A DNA stretch of 42,710 nt from a virus (IMGVR_UViG_2667528074_000004:1-42710); one strand, 5' to 3'; positions 7,921 to 19,629 are shown, counted from the stretch's first letter. Notes: generated by a model not told the origin, from the letters alone. Numbers and translations are program-made.

Positions 7921-9696
7921 CTAAGGCACTGCACTTGAAAATGCCTGATTTACTGATGATCTGCGATTCAACTCCTTAAATCCTTCGGTTAGTTTTGAGG
8001 ATTGATCCGTTTTGGCAATTACCTTTACCTCTCCTATGTGCTGGCTGTTGTAATTGTTAACAACGCTCTGGGCATAGGATTGGTTTGCAGATCCATTAGC
8101 CAATCTTTGCTGGGTTTGGTAGTACGCGGCATTGCTATTTTTCGTTGGGTTACCATAATCAAGACCCCGCTTCCAATCTGGATAACCTTCATGCCTAGCC
8201 ATATAGGCGCTAAGTTTTGCCATAACCTCTGGATCTGAGAGGTTTAGCTTATCATTGGCACCAACGCCCATAGACTTAGAAACCTGGTCAATATACGCCT
8301 TTGTGTTGTTTTCTGAGGATGGTGCCCACTTGCTTATTATCCCTTGCAATGTATCAAGCTTATCTCTTTTGTAGTATAGAGTCAGTTGATTCCTAGCGGC
8401 CTCCCAGCCCTCTTCTGGGTCGAAGTATTGAGCAAATCCGTCCTTGTCTCTTCTTCTGTTTCCAGTAGCTTTAAGATTTAATGGGTTATTGTTTCTGTCA
8501 GGCCTGTTGACACCATTTTTGTTAGGAGGAATCTCTTTATTTGGATCGTCATAATCCATCCCAATGAGCCTTTCCAGCCAATGCTGCTGAAATGCGAATG
8601 GCCGCATCTCATCAGGAACATCTTTATACTGGTCTTGTACCATCTGCCCAAAAATACCAACAGCCCCGATTAATCCCAGCTTGCTTCCTAACCCTTTGCC
8701 GCTAAGAAGAGCCATGGCAGCAAGAATGCCCAATGCGTTTCCAGCGCCACCAACGGCTTTAACAAAACCATCAATACCTGTACTCAGGTTCCTGAAGAAC
8801 CCAACAATGTCACCCTTGTTGTTTTTCAGCCACTCTAAAAACTCCTGTTCTGCTTTAAGCACTTCAGGGCCAAATGTAGCCATTAATTCTTGTTTAACCT
8901 GAGCAAATTGCGAGTCAAGGGCTTTAGTCGTAGCAAGAATATTACGCTGTGCTTCTTCCTGCTCTTTGGTCATCTGCCATCGTTTTTCTTCCTCAGATAC
9001 CATCTGCACAGCTTTTCCGCTTTTAATATCCCCGGCAAGGTTAGGGTCATAACCAAAAGCAGAAAGCACTTGCATTAACTGTTTCTCGTTATGGTTCTTC
9101 CCATATTTCTGAAATTCCGCCAGAGCATCTTCTGATTTACCTCCAAGCTTACTAATATCAATGCCTGTTCTCGCTCCAGTTGTTAGTAAATTCTGAGCCT
9201 CCGGTGTAAGTCCGCCGAAAATTGTTGGGTCTTCTATATTGGCAAGCGCCATCCTGGCGCTCATCTGTGCCCCAAGGAACGCGCCGCCGTTCTGACCAAT
9301 TCGGGAGAATCCATACTGAGTACCAAGAACGTTACTGGCGCTTGTTCCAAGCATTCTCCCCATATTACTGGCTCTTACAATTGACTCCGAAGTACTTTCA
9401 AATGCACGATGAATGCCAATGGCTACGGCAGTCAACACACCGCCAACAGCCACAAAGCGTGTCGAAAGCCCCAAAAAACCATTAAATGAAGCAGTCAACC
9501 CTTTCATTGCAACAGCAGCTTTGTCGGTCTCCTTAGCCGTTTTGGACATCGAGGAGGTTGTTGACCTTTCTATCGCAGATGAAGATCTCTCTATTTCGTT
9601 TTTAAGGTCTTGTGCTTCCTGCTTTACTTTCCGTTTTCCATTCAGGAATTCATCGGCCTTAATTGTGACCTTGTAGGCCAACTCATTGATAATCAT
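7921..9696 (-). CDS. Tail tape measure protein
   Basis: 591-aa ORF directly downstream of the chaperone pair; position and size. Confidence 0.55.
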   Translation of the reverse strand: MIINELAYKVTIKADEFLNGKRKVKQEAQDLKNEIERSSSAIERSTTSSMSKTAKETDKAAVAMKGLTASFNGFLGLSTRFVAVGGVLTAVAIGIHRAFESTSESIVRASNMGRMLGTSASNVLGTQYGFSRIGQNGGAFLGAQMSARMALANIEDPTIFGGLTPEAQNLLTTGARTGIDISKLGGKSEDALAEFQKYGKNHNEKQLMQVLSAFGYDPNLAGDIKSGKAVQMVSEEEKRWQMTKEQEEAQRNILATTKALDSQFAQVKQELMATFGPEVLKAEQEFLEWLKNNKGDIVGFFRNLSTGIDGFVKAVGGAGNALGILAAMALLSGKGLGSKLGLIGAVGIFGQMVQDQYKDVPDEMRPFAFQQHWLERLIGMDYDDPNKEIPPNKNGVNRPDRNNNPLNLKATGNRRRDKDGFAQYFDPEEGWEAARNQLTLYYKRDKLDTLQGIISKWAPSSENNTKAYIDQVSKSMGVGANDKLNLSDPEVMAKLSAYMARHEGYPDWKRGLDYGNPTKNSNAAYYQTQQRLANGSANQSYAQSVVNNYNSQHIGEVKVIAKTDQSSKLTEGFKELNRRSSVNQAFSSAVP

Positions 9697-9911
9697 CGCT
9701 GCTCCTGATGTTTATTCCAGACCCGCTTGTTAAATGATTCCACCGAGATAATTTCCAGAAGGTTATACAGATCACGAACAGATAACCTTTCCTGCAAATC
9801 GGTATAAGTGGCTTTTCCTGAACAGATAATGGCGTTCATTGATGGTGTGACGTTTACGGGGCTAACGAGTTTTGCCGGAAGAGTCTCCTCCTCCATGAAC
9901 GGGTACTTCAC
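9693..9911 (-). CDS. Frameshift extension (GT-like) of tail assembly chaperone
   Basis: 72-aa ORF in the -1 frame relative to 9908-10315, no convincing own start (track start is GTG); reached by -1 slip at 9926-9932. Confidence 0.5.
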   Translation of the reverse strand: MKYPFMEEETLPAKLVSPVNVTPSMNAIICSGKATYTDLQERLSVRDLYNLLEIISVESFNKRVWNKHQEQR

Positions 9912-10315
9912 TCTCCGGCGATCGTTAAAAAATCAAAATTGACTTTAAATACTTTATCCATTACCTGACGAATGGTTGATACCTCTTCAAAGTCGACAGG
10001 CTTCACGGTTCGCACCTGTCTGCTGCCTTCGTGTGTAATCACAATTTGCACAGTTGACATCAGGCGATCACGAAGTTTTCTGGCGACTTCCGGCGATGCA
10101 GCAGAAATAACATTCAGACCAAGGGTGGCAAGGCCAGCACACCCCATGGCAATCACATCAGCAGGAATACCAGAGAATCCCGATTCCCCCATGGAGCGGA
10201 ATAAATCCTGTGCCAGTTCGTCGGCATCCCATGCCGACATCTCTGTGATAATGAACTCTTTCCCATTGTCGCGATTATCGTCTTCCACGATAAAGGGGAT
10301 TTCTTTACGTGCCAT
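9908..10315 (-). CDS. Tail assembly chaperone (G-like)
   Basis: 135-aa acidic ORF between tail tube and tape measure; carries the slippery site near its 3-prime end. Confidence 0.55.
   Translation of the reverse strand: MARKEIPFIVEDDNRDNGKEFIITEMSAWDADELAQDLFRSMGESGFSGIPADVIAMGCAGLATLGLNVISAASPEVARKLRDRLMSTVQIVITHEGSRQVRTVKPVDFEEVSTIRQVMDKVFKVNFDFLTIAGE
9926..9932 (-). other. Programmed -1 ribosomal frameshift slippery heptamer T_TTT_TTA
   Basis: Minus-strand codons GAT TTT TTA ACG (D F L T) of the chaperone, 6 codons before its stop; -1 slip reads TTT TTT AAC GAT CGC CGG AGA GTG AAG TAC CCG = FFNDRRRVKYP, in frame with ORF 9693-9911. Confidence 0.6.
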
Positions 10316-10749
10316 CAGATAGTGCTCCGTGTTACAGACTCAAAGTGAAATACTGCCGGGCGTGGTTGCAGTACGCGCCGACCCGGAGGGGTTGGAGTCC
10401 ATGTATAAAGAACCCCGTTCACAAAATTCCACTTCGCGCCGAGAGCTGGAACTGTAAGCACCGCATTACACTGAAACGCTGAAATTGCAGTTCTCTCCGC
10501 TGCATACCAGTCATCAATCAGCGAGCCAGCATTGGATGTTGGCATCAGGTTGATGGTGAACTCTGTCGGGTTAAAGATAAAACCAGCATGGTATTTACCG
10601 TCCGCTGACATCATGTCTTCTTTGTTCTGTAACGCACCAGTTTCAAACATGTTATCAGCTGCGTAGTCGTCAACATCAAAACCGCCAGGGTAGTAAGCGG
10701 GCACGACGATTCGCAGCTTACTGTTTGCCGAGGTAATATCGATAGGCAT
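10315..10749 (-). CDS. Tail tube protein
   Basis: 144-aa ORF immediately downstream of sheath gene; synteny sheath-tube-chaperone-tape measure. Confidence 0.55.
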   Translation of the reverse strand: MPIDITSANSKLRIVVPAYYPGGFDVDDYAADNMFETGALQNKEDMMSADGKYHAGFIFNPTEFTINLMPTSNAGSLIDDWYAAERTAISAFQCNAVLTVPALGAKWNFVNGVLYTWTPTPPGRRVLQPRPAVFHFESVTRSTI

Positions 10750-10760
10750 GATTTATTCCC

Positions 10761-12251
10761 TTATAAAATCGCGGTTGAGGACATTGTGATGGACTGGATT
10801 AACTGACCATCGACATAATAGAAAATGACACCTTTCAGGTCTCGTTCAATGCGTGCAGAGCCTGACTGTGTCGGGATGTACAGGAACCAGCCCTGTGAAT
10901 ACAGCGTCGATGAGATATCTTTTCCAACTGTGTTATTCACAATTCTGGTTTGCGCATTATCAAGTTTCACGCCACGCTGAATAGCCCCGAAATTGAGAGC
11001 CTGTTCAGCAACATCAATAACAGCGGCAGACACTGCGCCGTATCCTGTCTCATTGAACGGGTACGACTGGTTATTGGTGAACAGGTTGGCAAAAGCACTA
11101 ACCAGATTGGCATTAATCCATACCTGATTAATAAAACTGTCCAGCCATACAAACTTGCCAGTAATGGCACCATCAGATGCGTACTGCGCCATTGTTTTGT
11201 TCAGGCTGTATGAGCCGTAGAAGTTGTAACCGTTTGACTTCAGTGCCTGAGCGGTCGCCAGATCGCTTACGTTGGGTGCTAACCCTGAAAATCCACGGAA
11301 CTTGAACGAGATACGCCCATTGGTGCGTGCAAAATCCACGGATGCAGCATATGCCAGTGCTGTGACGCTATACAGGTATGTTCCGTACACCGGAAAAATG
11401 TTCTCGTAGCCATTTGCCACAACCACTTTCTGCACAAAGCAATTGGCATTATTGGCTACCGTTCCTGCTGAAGTGGTGTCGTGAACAACATATCCAAACC
11501 GGTTTTTACTGCTGCTTGCCCATGCGCACAATTCTGTTTTCTGGTCATCGGTCAGTTCGACCAGCGAGTTAAACAGGATCCAGTTCTGGTTGACGTTGAT
11601 GATGTTGTTCATCGTGTCTGTCAGAGTTACCGCATCAGAACCCGGTGATACAATCGCTGCGGAATCCTGCGTCAGTAATAACCCGGCAGCCAGAGCACCA
11701 GCAGAGGCATAAGACACTTCACTCTCTGCGCCAGTAGTGGCAGAGCGAATGATGAATCGGTTAGCGATTGGCAACCATTCAACCACCACCTTGCTTGCAC
11801 CAATTCCAACCTGCAACTTGGACGCAATGTCACTAAAACTTGTGGCTGTGGACAAATCAATTGATGTGCTGGTAGTCGACTCACCGTCAATGGAAAGGGT
11901 GATTGTGCCTGCTGGTATTGCTTTCAGTGTCGCCAGGGTAACACCTTTCAGGTTGCCGGACAGAAGGTACCCAGCCACTGGTGAAGTAACAATACGATAC
12001 ATCAGCAGTTCACCTGGAATAACAGATGAGTTTTCGTATCCGTTAAAATACTGTTGTGCTGCGAGGAATTCTTTCGATTCACTCCCCATCAAAGCTGATA
12101 CATCAGATGAGGAGTAATAAGATTGTACCGCGCCAACCGGGATAAGCTCGTTATCGGTCAACATCAGGCCGTTAGCATCAACCGCAGAACCGGCAGGCGT
12201 AACGACATTGGGCGTGATATTAAAATCTACAGATAAAGGAATTGTGCTCAT
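10761..12251 (-). CDS. Contractile tail sheath protein
   Basis: 496-aa ORF, size and position typical of myovirus sheath. Confidence 0.65.
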   Translation of the reverse strand: MSTIPLSVDFNITPNVVTPAGSAVDANGLMLTDNELIPVGAVQSYYSSSDVSALMGSESKEFLAAQQYFNGYENSSVIPGELLMYRIVTSPVAGYLLSGNLKGVTLATLKAIPAGTITLSIDGESTTSTSIDLSTATSFSDIASKLQVGIGASKVVVEWLPIANRFIIRSATTGAESEVSYASAGALAAGLLLTQDSAAIVSPGSDAVTLTDTMNNIINVNQNWILFNSLVELTDDQKTELCAWASSSKNRFGYVVHDTTSAGTVANNANCFVQKVVVANGYENIFPVYGTYLYSVTALAYAASVDFARTNGRISFKFRGFSGLAPNVSDLATAQALKSNGYNFYGSYSLNKTMAQYASDGAITGKFVWLDSFINQVWINANLVSAFANLFTNNQSYPFNETGYGAVSAAVIDVAEQALNFGAIQRGVKLDNAQTRIVNNTVGKDISSTLYSQGWFLYIPTQSGSARIERDLKGVIFYYVDGQLIQSITMSSTAIL

Positions 12252-12796
12252 GGGCGGTTATCCACCTGTTCAGTTGAAATTTCTGCTTTGTCGAAATAGT
12301 CCTGCTGGAACGACACGGTGATGTGTGCTTGCAGGGAAAGAGTTAACGTGTAACGCTCCTGCCACTGACTCTCGGCGTTGATCATCGGAGCCTGAATGGC
12401 AGGAGATGAGTAAAGCGGCGCAAGCCGTGCATCAATAGCCTTGATGATGTCGTAGCCATATCCACTGGTGAATGTTGTTTCCAGTGCAATAGCTCTATCC
12501 CCTGCCCCCTGACCATAGATATCTACCTGAATATCAGCCTGGCGAACTTCCGTATATCCCATGGTGCTTGTGTCCGGAGAGCCGGTATCTTGCTTAAGCT
12601 CTCTCGTCGTGGATAGTCTGGTGAATCGCAAAGGAGTCAGGATACAGAACTGATCTTTGGGCATTGGTACACGGTTAGCCTGAGCCTGCAGGCATTTACC
12701 AGCGATAGGTTCTATGTAGCCAGCAAGTACATCGATAATATTATCGACAGTGAAATCATTCATGGGCTTACCTGCAATACAGCAATCAGCCGGCAC
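12248..12796 (-). CDS. Hypothetical head-tail joining / neck protein
   Basis: 182-aa ORF, 4-nt overlap with sheath gene. Confidence 0.35.
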   Translation of the reverse strand: MPADCCIAGKPMNDFTVDNIIDVLAGYIEPIAGKCLQAQANRVPMPKDQFCILTPLRFTRLSTTRELKQDTGSPDTSTMGYTEVRQADIQVDIYGQGAGDRAIALETTFTSGYGYDIIKAIDARLAPLYSSPAIQAPMINAESQWQERYTLTLSLQAHITVSFQQDYFDKAEISTEQVDNRP

Positions 12797-13137
12797 CAGT
12801 CAGGCCACAACTCTATTGGCTCAACAACAAGCCATTGCTCCCCGTTAATCACGAAGATATCTCCGCCCTGCTCCAGTTCTCGCTGAACACTGAAGTAATT
12901 ACCATTGACGTAAATCACTTTTGCCAGCCCCTGAATATTCATTCCATCGACGTGTTGCATGTCGCCGCGACTGATTGGCTGTAGTTGAATGGTAACGTTC
13001 TGGTCAGGGAGATAAGACGGAATCGGCTTGCGACCGGGGCCGATAGTTTCACCTGCATACTTTTTCAGGATTGCTGGGATGTTGGGGTTAATGCTTGTGA
13101 TCGCGTTATTGGCTATCTGTCGAAGATTCAATTTCAC
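12760..13137 (-). CDS. Hypothetical structural protein
   Basis: 125-aa ORF in head-tail connector region. Confidence 0.3.
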   Translation of the reverse strand: MKLNLRQIANNAITSINPNIPAILKKYAGETIGPGRKPIPSYLPDQNVTIQLQPISRGDMQHVDGMNIQGLAKVIYVNGNYFSVQRELEQGGDIFVINGEQWLVVEPIELWPDWCRLIAVLQVSP

Positions 13138-13672
13138 CTACCTCATAATCAACAGCCCTTAACATGTCCCCGGTCCATATGAGAGGCTTGTTGTTGCTCA
13201 TATCAACATCAACCTTTTTCACCGGACCGAAATAGCCCGGACCACCAAAAACATCTTCTCTGGCCTTCACTACATCCCACTTAGTCATTTCCGCCCTGTT
13301 ATTAGGGAATCTACTTCTTAGAAGTACTGTTACCGGGCTTAATGGCGGCTCTTGAATAGTTCGAATGGATTCCTGAATGTCTGCTTTTATGATCTCGCCG
13401 ATAAGATTCAGAACAGTATCCGTATCTCCGTCATGCGATTTCATGAGCTTTTCGACCTTTTCTGACCACTCTTCAGATTTAGAAGCTATAGCATTCCTGA
13501 AGAATGGCCTTGGCGGACTTCCACTTGCCGGGTTACCAAATTCGTTAGATGCTGCAACCATTGGCATAGAAGTACCATCTGGATAGGTGGCATCTTCAAG
13601 AAACCCGACCTTCAATTGCTTTGAGGACAACTCACTACCAACTGAATCAAGGAACTCCATCACCTTATCCAT
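13106..13672 (-). CDS. Putative virion morphogenesis / tail completion protein
   Basis: 188-aa ORF, synteny. Confidence 0.35.
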   Translation of the reverse strand: MDKVMEFLDSVGSELSSKQLKVGFLEDATYPDGTSMPMVAASNEFGNPASGSPPRPFFRNAIASKSEEWSEKVEKLMKSHDGDTDTVLNLIGEIIKADIQESIRTIQEPPLSPVTVLLRSRFPNNRAEMTKWDVVKAREDVFGGPGYFGPVKKVDVDMSNNKPLIWTGDMLRAVDYEVGEIESSTDSQ

Positions 13673-14103
13673 CAGTACCTCCGGTAATACCCATACGGGT
13701 AATTTGATGGAGAATGCCCGCTTATATACTGGAAGGTGCGAAACGGCGCCGTAGCATTCCAGTAATCAGCCCCGTACTTTGTTTGCATGTACCATGCTGA
13801 ATTTGCTGCTCCCCCTGGCATATCGGCATGAACGCTAACCGAACCCTCTGAAGCACTGTCGATTCTTCCAACCAATCCGGATGGAGACTGCCCATTCGCT
13901 CCTGAATACAAACAGGCGATATGGGCAACCAGCATATTCAGCAGCATTGAGCGTACAGCCAAATCCGACACACGACTTGAGTCTGTGTTATCGAGATAAA
14001 TGGTTGCTTGCGTGAAATACTGCTGAAGAAGTGCGTCGTCGACAGATGAGAATTCAGGATAGCGTAGCTTAAATGCGGAGGGGTCAAATATTACGACGCC
14101 CAT
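13672..14103 (-). CDS. Hypothetical head completion protein
   Basis: 143-aa ORF, synteny. Confidence 0.3.
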   Translation of the reverse strand: MGVVIFDPSAFKLRYPEFSSVDDALLQQYFTQATIYLDNTDSSRVSDLAVRSMLLNMLVAHIACLYSGANGQSPSGLVGRIDSASEGSVSVHADMPGGAANSAWYMQTKYGADYWNATAPFRTFQYISGHSPSNYPYGYYRRY

Positions 14104-14115
14104 TTGCTGCTCCCG

Positions 14116-14463
14116 CTATTTTTCGTCAGCCTTTTTTACGCCCGGAGCCGGATTTTCCGGGTCAAGGCCTTCGAGGCCAGTTTTTGATTCTTTCAGATCT
14201 TTACCCTGCGCATTCAGACTGCGAATATCTTTCTGAATGAAGATTGCATTGTTCTGAATATACGCGGCATCCTTATAGGTCTCGATGAACTTATCCATGA
14301 AGTCTTTCTCGACCATGGTAACTCCGAAAGCCCCATCAGGAATTGCACCATCAAGACCACGGAGGGCGGTTGTTGCCGCCCCGTTCAGGATTACTGTTTT
14401 GCCATCCAGAGTTACCTGAAGGCCATTTGGCAATTTGCAGCCAACGCTTACCATTTCTGCCAT
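14116..14463 (-). CDS. Hypothetical head protein
   Basis: 115-aa ORF directly downstream of major capsid gene. Confidence 0.3.
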   Translation of the reverse strand: MAEMVSVGCKLPNGLQVTLDGKTVILNGAATTALRGLDGAIPDGAFGVTMVEKDFMDKFIETYKDAAYIQNNAIFIQKDIRSLNAQGKDLKESKTGLEGLDPENPAPGVKKADEK

Positions 14464-14466
14464 GAA

Positions 14467-15507
14467 TTAAACTCCCAACATGCTTGCAAATGCCAGCGGC
14501 TGGCGAATGATTGCGCCCCAGGTGCCACCGGTTTTCTTTTGTTTGTACGCGGACAGGTCAACAACAACCGGATGCGCACGCATTTTTTCGGTAAATGCGC
14601 AGTAGCCGGTGTCCTGACCATCCAAATCGTCGGCGATCAACTGAACCAGTTCGCCGGATTCGGTTTTGTACTCGACAGCAGTAACAACGCGCAGGTTCGG
14701 GAAGTTTTTCTTCAGCTGATCAGACACGTTGACGTTGTACATGTTGGTCTTGGTCAGATTTGCTTCTGACTCTGGACTCATCGCCAGCGTCATCTTGCTG
14801 TCTCGCTCAACGTACCCCTTGGTCTGCTTCACTAACTGCATGTAAAGAGCCTGGATATCGTCATACACCGCCTGACCGTCTTTAGTTGCCCAAGTAGTTC
14901 CACTGCCAGTACCCGTTGCGCCCGGGGTGATTGATGCCGGAAGGTTAGGGTCATTCAGAATGCCGTAGTTCTTCAGACCAGCAACGCCGAAGAAGTATGA
15001 CTTGTTCTGAAACTTATTCAGGGTCAGCGCAGAAGCCGTATTCAGTTGTTGAGCCCATGCAATGCGGCCTTCACCGTAACGATCAAGCTCCAGTTCACCC
15101 CACTGAGTAATGGTCTGGTACAGATAGGACTCACGAGCAACCCAGTTGACGTTAGCATTTACCTGCCCATTATTGTTGTAGTCACCATAACTGGAAACCT
15201 GACCCGTTGATTCCACAACCGGGAATTGTGCGGTCATGGTGGTCCAGTCTCCCTTCTTCGTTTCCCCCAGAATTTCCACCGCTTTCATCGGAGTGACAAG
15301 GATGCGAATCAGTTCCGGGTCAACGTAATTAGTGAAGTACCATGGAATGCCAGAGTTGCTGGTTGTTACCAGTGAAGGCTGAGAGTCCATTGCATAGGAA
15401 TAGCTATTAGCAACAGCATCCGTCAGATAGGCTTTGGCTTCCGGAAGGATTACACCGTAATCTCGCTCAGCCATAGCTTTATGTTGTAAAAATTCTGCGT
15501 TATTCAT
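14467..15507 (-). CDS. Major capsid protein
   Basis: 346-aa ORF downstream of protease/scaffold and decoration-like genes; size and position. Confidence 0.65.
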   Translation of the reverse strand: MNNAEFLQHKAMAERDYGVILPEAKAYLTDAVANSYSYAMDSQPSLVTTSNSGIPWYFTNYVDPELIRILVTPMKAVEILGETKKGDWTTMTAQFPVVESTGQVSSYGDYNNNGQVNANVNWVARESYLYQTITQWGELELDRYGEGRIAWAQQLNTASALTLNKFQNKSYFFGVAGLKNYGILNDPNLPASITPGATGTGSGTTWATKDGQAVYDDIQALYMQLVKQTKGYVERDSKMTLAMSPESEANLTKTNMYNVNVSDQLKKNFPNLRVVTAVEYKTESGELVQLIADDLDGQDTGYCAFTEKMRAHPVVVDLSAYKQKKTGGTWGAIIRQPLAFASMLGV

Positions 15508-15510
15508 GTA

Positions 15511-15990
15511 TTAGCTCCAGGTGCCCATCTGAATCAATTCGCCAGCCTCGCCAGCACTGCCAACAACAAATTTTGTTTCAACGTAATCCGAGATTGACGC
15601 CCCGGCATCGCCAGCGGTAATGGTTCCATCTGACAGTTTGGCGAAAATCTTCTGCCCTACGGTTGCCGCACCGGCAGTTTTCACCCAGTAGTCGCCAGCA
15701 GTCATCAATGTCATCTGAACTCCAGGCTGAATAGTCATAGATGATTCACCAAGCCATGTGGTGACAGACGCCTGCCCTTCCCGATGAACGAAACCGGCAG
15801 GAGCACCGGTTCCAGTGTTATTGACAACACCATTGCTTACCCATGCAAAGCGACCAACAACAACCCCATTTGCACCGGCAACAAGAGCGCCCTCACCTGC
15901 AAGAAGACTTGCTTTAGGGTTAGCCGAAGCGAAATCCCCTTCAACTCCCGGCGCCTGTTGCTGATTAATTACACTTTGAAAGCCACTCAT
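15511..15990 (-). CDS. Head structural/decoration-like protein
   Basis: 159-aa Gly/Ala-rich ORF between scaffold/protease and capsid genes. Confidence 0.4.
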   Translation of the reverse strand: MSGFQSVINQQQAPGVEGDFASANPKASLLAGEGALVAGANGVVVGRFAWVSNGVVNNTGTGAPAGFVHREGQASVTTWLGESSMTIQPGVQMTLMTAGDYWVKTAGAATVGQKIFAKLSDGTITAGDAGASISDYVETKFVVGSAGEAGELIQMGTWS

Positions 15991-15993
15991 TTC

Positions 15994-17220
15994 TTAGCTC
16001 CGTTTCAGTTTAGTTGCGCCAGGAAATGCCTTGGCGAAAGAATTGGTTGCAGCAGAATCCATCCCCATACCATGAGATGGTTTGCGAACTACCGCTTTCT
16101 GGCTGATAGCAAATTCAACCATCGATTTAAGTGCTGAAGGATGAACGCCTTTATGTTCGGCACCGATTGAATCAAGAGCAAAGCGATAAATAGACTCTGC
16201 GGAATCCATGGCGACCAGACTCACATCACCAACCAAAGCACGAACGCATTCTCGAGCCTCATTGGCTTGACGGATACGCCCCATCACATTCTCTTCAGCT
16301 TTTCGAATCAATGCGGCATCCATAGCTGCTTTATTCTCATCATCGTCTTCATCCTCGGCAGTCTTTTTATCCTTGCCGTCATCATCTTCGTCTTCCGCTT
16401 CTTTGCGGTCACGATCGCGATCCTTTCGCTCACGTTCTTCACGCTCTTTTAGTTCATCCTCTTCACGTTTCAGACGCTCTGCTTCTGACTCATTATCTCT
16501 CTCAGCCTGAGTGGCTTCGTCTTCAACAACCTTTTGCACTTTCTTTTCCACTTCTTCTGGCTTCTCATCACTGGCCAGCATCGGCGTGATAACTGCCATT
16601 AACTTTTTAGTAAGTTCTGACATTGATTTCATTCCTGTTGGTATTGAATCCCCGACAACAACGTCGGATCCGGCTCTTCCCTCTGTTACGAGAGCAACGT
16701 GGTTCCCGACGATATCGCGCATTACACCATCGTATGGCTGGCCTTCATGCACGCCGGGGGTCATGTCAGCTACATATCTGTAGGCCGACGAAAGTTCTTT
16801 CTTCTCGTCTGTCTCGATTCCAGCGATAGAATCTGCGTCCCATACGACAAGCGAGTTCTTGAGATAAGTCCCGTCAAACTCAGCATCAGTACCAGTAGAA
16901 CCAACCACAGCCATCTTCTGAGGGTCTGAAGCAGTAACCGGAATGTGTTCGTTAAGGAGCGGGATGTTGTTGAATGTAGATGCTGCTTTGGCTAACTCTT
17001 TCGGGTCACGAAGCAGGTAGTAAACCTTGTCAGGCTGTAAACCTAGCGATCTGTAATTAGGGATTTCACGTCCATAATAAGGGCAAACGTTAGCCTTACT
17101 GATTGGCGTCACTTCGATATGCAAACGCCCATCCTTATCAAAGGAACGCACCGTTGCCTTGTCGAATGCCAATCCGTGATATCCCCATTGCCAGTCGCCT
17201 TTAACTTTGCGTAATGGCAT
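15994..17220 (-). CDS. Prohead protease / scaffold protein
   Basis: 408-aa ORF with a long acidic Glu/Asp/Lys/Arg-rich central segment ([31 protein letters not shown]) typical of scaffold domains. Confidence 0.5.
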   Translation of the reverse strand: MPLRKVKGDWQWGYHGLAFDKATVRSFDKDGRLHIEVTPISKANVCPYYGREIPNYRSLGLQPDKVYYLLRDPKELAKAASTFNNIPLLNEHIPVTASDPQKMAVVGSTGTDAEFDGTYLKNSLVVWDADSIAGIETDEKKELSSAYRYVADMTPGVHEGQPYDGVMRDIVGNHVALVTEGRAGSDVVVGDSIPTGMKSMSELTKKLMAVITPMLASDEKPEEVEKKVQKVVEDEATQAERDNESEAERLKREEDELKEREERERKDRDRDRKEAEDEDDDGKDKKTAEDEDDDENKAAMDAALIRKAEENVMGRIRQANEARECVRALVGDVSLVAMDSAESIYRFALDSIGAEHKGVHPSALKSMVEFAISQKAVVRKPSHGMGMDSAATNSFAKAFPGATKLKRS

Positions 17221-17354
17221 GCTTTTACCTTTCGGCAGGCAATAAAAAAGCCGCAGTAGCGGCCATTATTTCCTCTTGGGCATAGCTATTTTCAGCAGTG
17301 CAATCATTAAGCAACCAAAAATCAACACTAAGCCCAGAGACCATAAAACCTCAA

Positions 17355-18173
17355 TCATTTTCTATCTATCCCAGGGATAACAGGAGACCACGTACAACGG
17401 CAGTTGATAGCCTCTCCCGGCAGCACCCATTCACCATCGAGATACAGCCCTTTATCGAGGTCGAACTCTTTACCGTCAGCTTTCACATGGGATGGTCTTG
17501 GCTGCTTCCCGGCGTATGAGTGACGCCAGATTCCTTTGGTGATTCCTAACTTCTTCTGCCGTTCAGACTGAATTACCGCTGTAGCTTTGTTGTTCTGATC
17601 GCGTGCGATCGTCTCAGCGCGTCTGCGTGTAATGCCATATCGCTTAACCAGTTCATCAGTGAGATAGCCAAGGTCACGACCACGGCTGACAGACTGCATG
17701 ACTATCGTCTCAACCTGTGTGTGATAGTGTTCAGGTATGGATTTAATCAGGTTGACGTTCTCGTTAACGACAGCCTGCATCACGTTCTTAAGCTCGTCAT
17801 TCATTGTGAACTTAACGGTAAATCCGCCAGCCTTTAACGCTGAGTGTAACGAAACGTCGGTGTTGCGCAGTGTCTTATCAACGAAGCGATCAGCCAGTTT
17901 CTTAGCCAGTTCATTGAATTTATGCTCCCACTGCTTGCCTAGTCTGGACAATCTGCGCTTTAACTCATTCGCGGGACTGGAATCCATCGCCATGTTGTTT
18001 TTGTATGCGCCCTCAAGCCAGTATCGGTATGACTTATCCATCTCCCTAACCAGTTTGAGAAGCTCAGAGCGATACCACTCATGAACTCCGGCATTAGCTC
18101 TGACTGGACGAAGGGTTTTCCGGGTCTTCGAATCCTTCTTCGACGGACTCGTTTTCGTGCTCTTCTTCGTCAT
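17355..18173 (-). CDS. Head morphogenesis protein (Mu F-like / SPP1 gp7-like); start uncertain
   Basis: 272-aa ORF downstream of portal; 5-prime end overlaps portal 3-prime end by 80 nt. Confidence 0.55.
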   Translation of the reverse strand: MTKKSTKTSPSKKDSKTRKTLRPVRANAGVHEWYRSELLKLVREMDKSYRYWLEGAYKNNMAMDSSPANELKRRLSRLGKQWEHKFNELAKKLADRFVDKTLRNTDVSLHSALKAGGFTVKFTMNDELKNVMQAVVNENVNLIKSIPEHYHTQVETIVMQSVSRGRDLGYLTDELVKRYGITRRRAETIARDQNNKATAVIQSERQKKLGITKGIWRHSYAGKQPRPSHVKADGKEFDLDKGLYLDGEWVLPGEAINCRCTWSPVIPGIDRK

Positions 18174-19629
18174 ATTCAGATTCCATCATGTGGTATGGGC
18201 TGGCCTTATCCGACTGGCGCATGCTTCTTATTGCATCAAGGTCGAATACGCCAGCTTCAGCATAGTTCTTGTCAGCCTCAGACTGATGTTTCATGATCTC
18301 GGCTTTCTCTGCTTCTGTAAGCTCGTACAGCGGCAGGAATTCAAAATCAATGTCAGGGTCAATCTCACCAAATTCGTTTAACTGGATAACATCCAGTACT
18401 GTTTTCAGTGGTCCTCTGAACAGATTCTCCTGCATGGCGTGGATTGAGTCATAGAAGACGCGGATTTCTCCATCAGATGACGCGTTTAGCCCGTTAGGAG
18501 TGATGCCAAGGAGCTTAACCAGGGGAATGCTTGATACCGATGCCATTTGTTCCTGTGCTTGTGCCTGAAGAGCATCGACTCCGGACAGACTTGTCACAAA
18601 CTGGAAGAATTCTTCCGCATCCTTATCAATAAGGAACATTCCGCGATTGTCGCGAACCTTATTGAAGAGCTCGGCACGCATAAACAGGTTTGGGTCTGCA
18701 ATTCCAGACAAGGCATTCTGCATGTTCGTCTTCAGCCCGTGGACCACAAACGAATGAACCAGATCGCTAACGCTGTCACGTGTTCTCAGCCAGTTTTGCA
18801 CATATGGCTCTGCCATCTGACTCAGCGACAAGCCGCCGAAGTTGTACGCCGCTTTGAGAATGTCTGGCACCTGGCGAGAAATCATTGTCAACATGCGACT
18901 GGCGTGAACCGTGCGCCCCATGACATACCATTCAGATGGATTGAAGAAGTCAGGGCTTAGAGGATTGTCAGCGTTATACACGCCCGGGTAAGTCCACATG
19001 GCTTCGATAACGCGGAAACCATTCAGGCTTCCTTTGGTAATCTTGCGCGGACTGATATAGAGCTTCTTATCCAGTTCGTCGGGAACCAGCCAGGCTGAGT
19101 TACCGCTTGGCGTCTTCACGTCGATATAAATCTGTCCGCGTCCGAAGTAGCCGTCATGTTCCGCCGCCTCGCGAAACTTCTCTCGCACTCTGAAACGCTT
19201 TAATGCTTCGTCAAGCTGGCGAATTTTATCGGCCTTGTCGTCACCATCGTCTTTACCTACATGCTTCAGCTCAATCCATTTTCGCGTCATCTCTTCTGCT
19301 ATCGTGCCAGTAATCTTGCGATACTCCGGCAACTGAGCAAGTTGAGACAGATATGGGTAGCCAGGAAATCCACCGTAGCCATATGCGGTGATGTTTGCTG
19401 AGTTAAGGTAACTGTACGGCGTGGAGTCCATCGCCAGAGCTGACTCCCCAATATGTTCAGGAATAACGCCTGGCGGGGGTACGTATCTCTCAATTCTACG
19501 CAATGCCTCGCCTTCATTTTTAATTCGCTCCTGTTCGTTAATAATCGCAAGAACATTCGCCAGAGACATTGGCTGTTTCGCCTCTTCTTTCTGAGGCTCA
19601 GATTTTTTCTTTCTCAAAAAATTAAACAC
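18094..19629 (-). CDS. Portal protein
   Basis: 511-aa ORF immediately downstream of terminase large subunit. Confidence 0.7.
   Translation of the reverse strand: MFNFLRKKKSEPQKEEAKQPMSLANVLAIINEQERIKNEGEALRRIERYVPPPGVIPEHIGESALAMDSTPYSYLNSANITAYGYGGFPGYPYLSQLAQLPEYRKITGTIAEEMTRKWIELKHVGKDDGDDKADKIRQLDEALKRFRVREKFREAAEHDGYFGRGQIYIDVKTPSGNSAWLVPDELDKKLYISPRKITKGSLNGFRVIEAMWTYPGVYNADNPLSPDFFNPSEWYVMGRTVHASRMLTMISRQVPDILKAAYNFGGLSLSQMAEPYVQNWLRTRDSVSDLVHSFVVHGLKTNMQNALSGIADPNLFMRAELFNKVRDNRGMFLIDKDAEEFFQFVTSLSGVDALQAQAQEQMASVSSIPLVKLLGITPNGLNASSDGEIRVFYDSIHAMQENLFRGPLKTVLDVIQLNEFGEIDPDIDFEFLPLYELTEAEKAEIMKHQSEADKNYAEAGVFDLDAIRSMRQSDKASPYHMMESEYDEEEHENESVEEGFEDPENPSSSQS

Noticed and set aside
16267-16452. 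61-aa Phe/Ile-rich plus-strand ORF
   Set aside because: Antisense to the acidic repeat of the scaffold/protease gene; composition artefact
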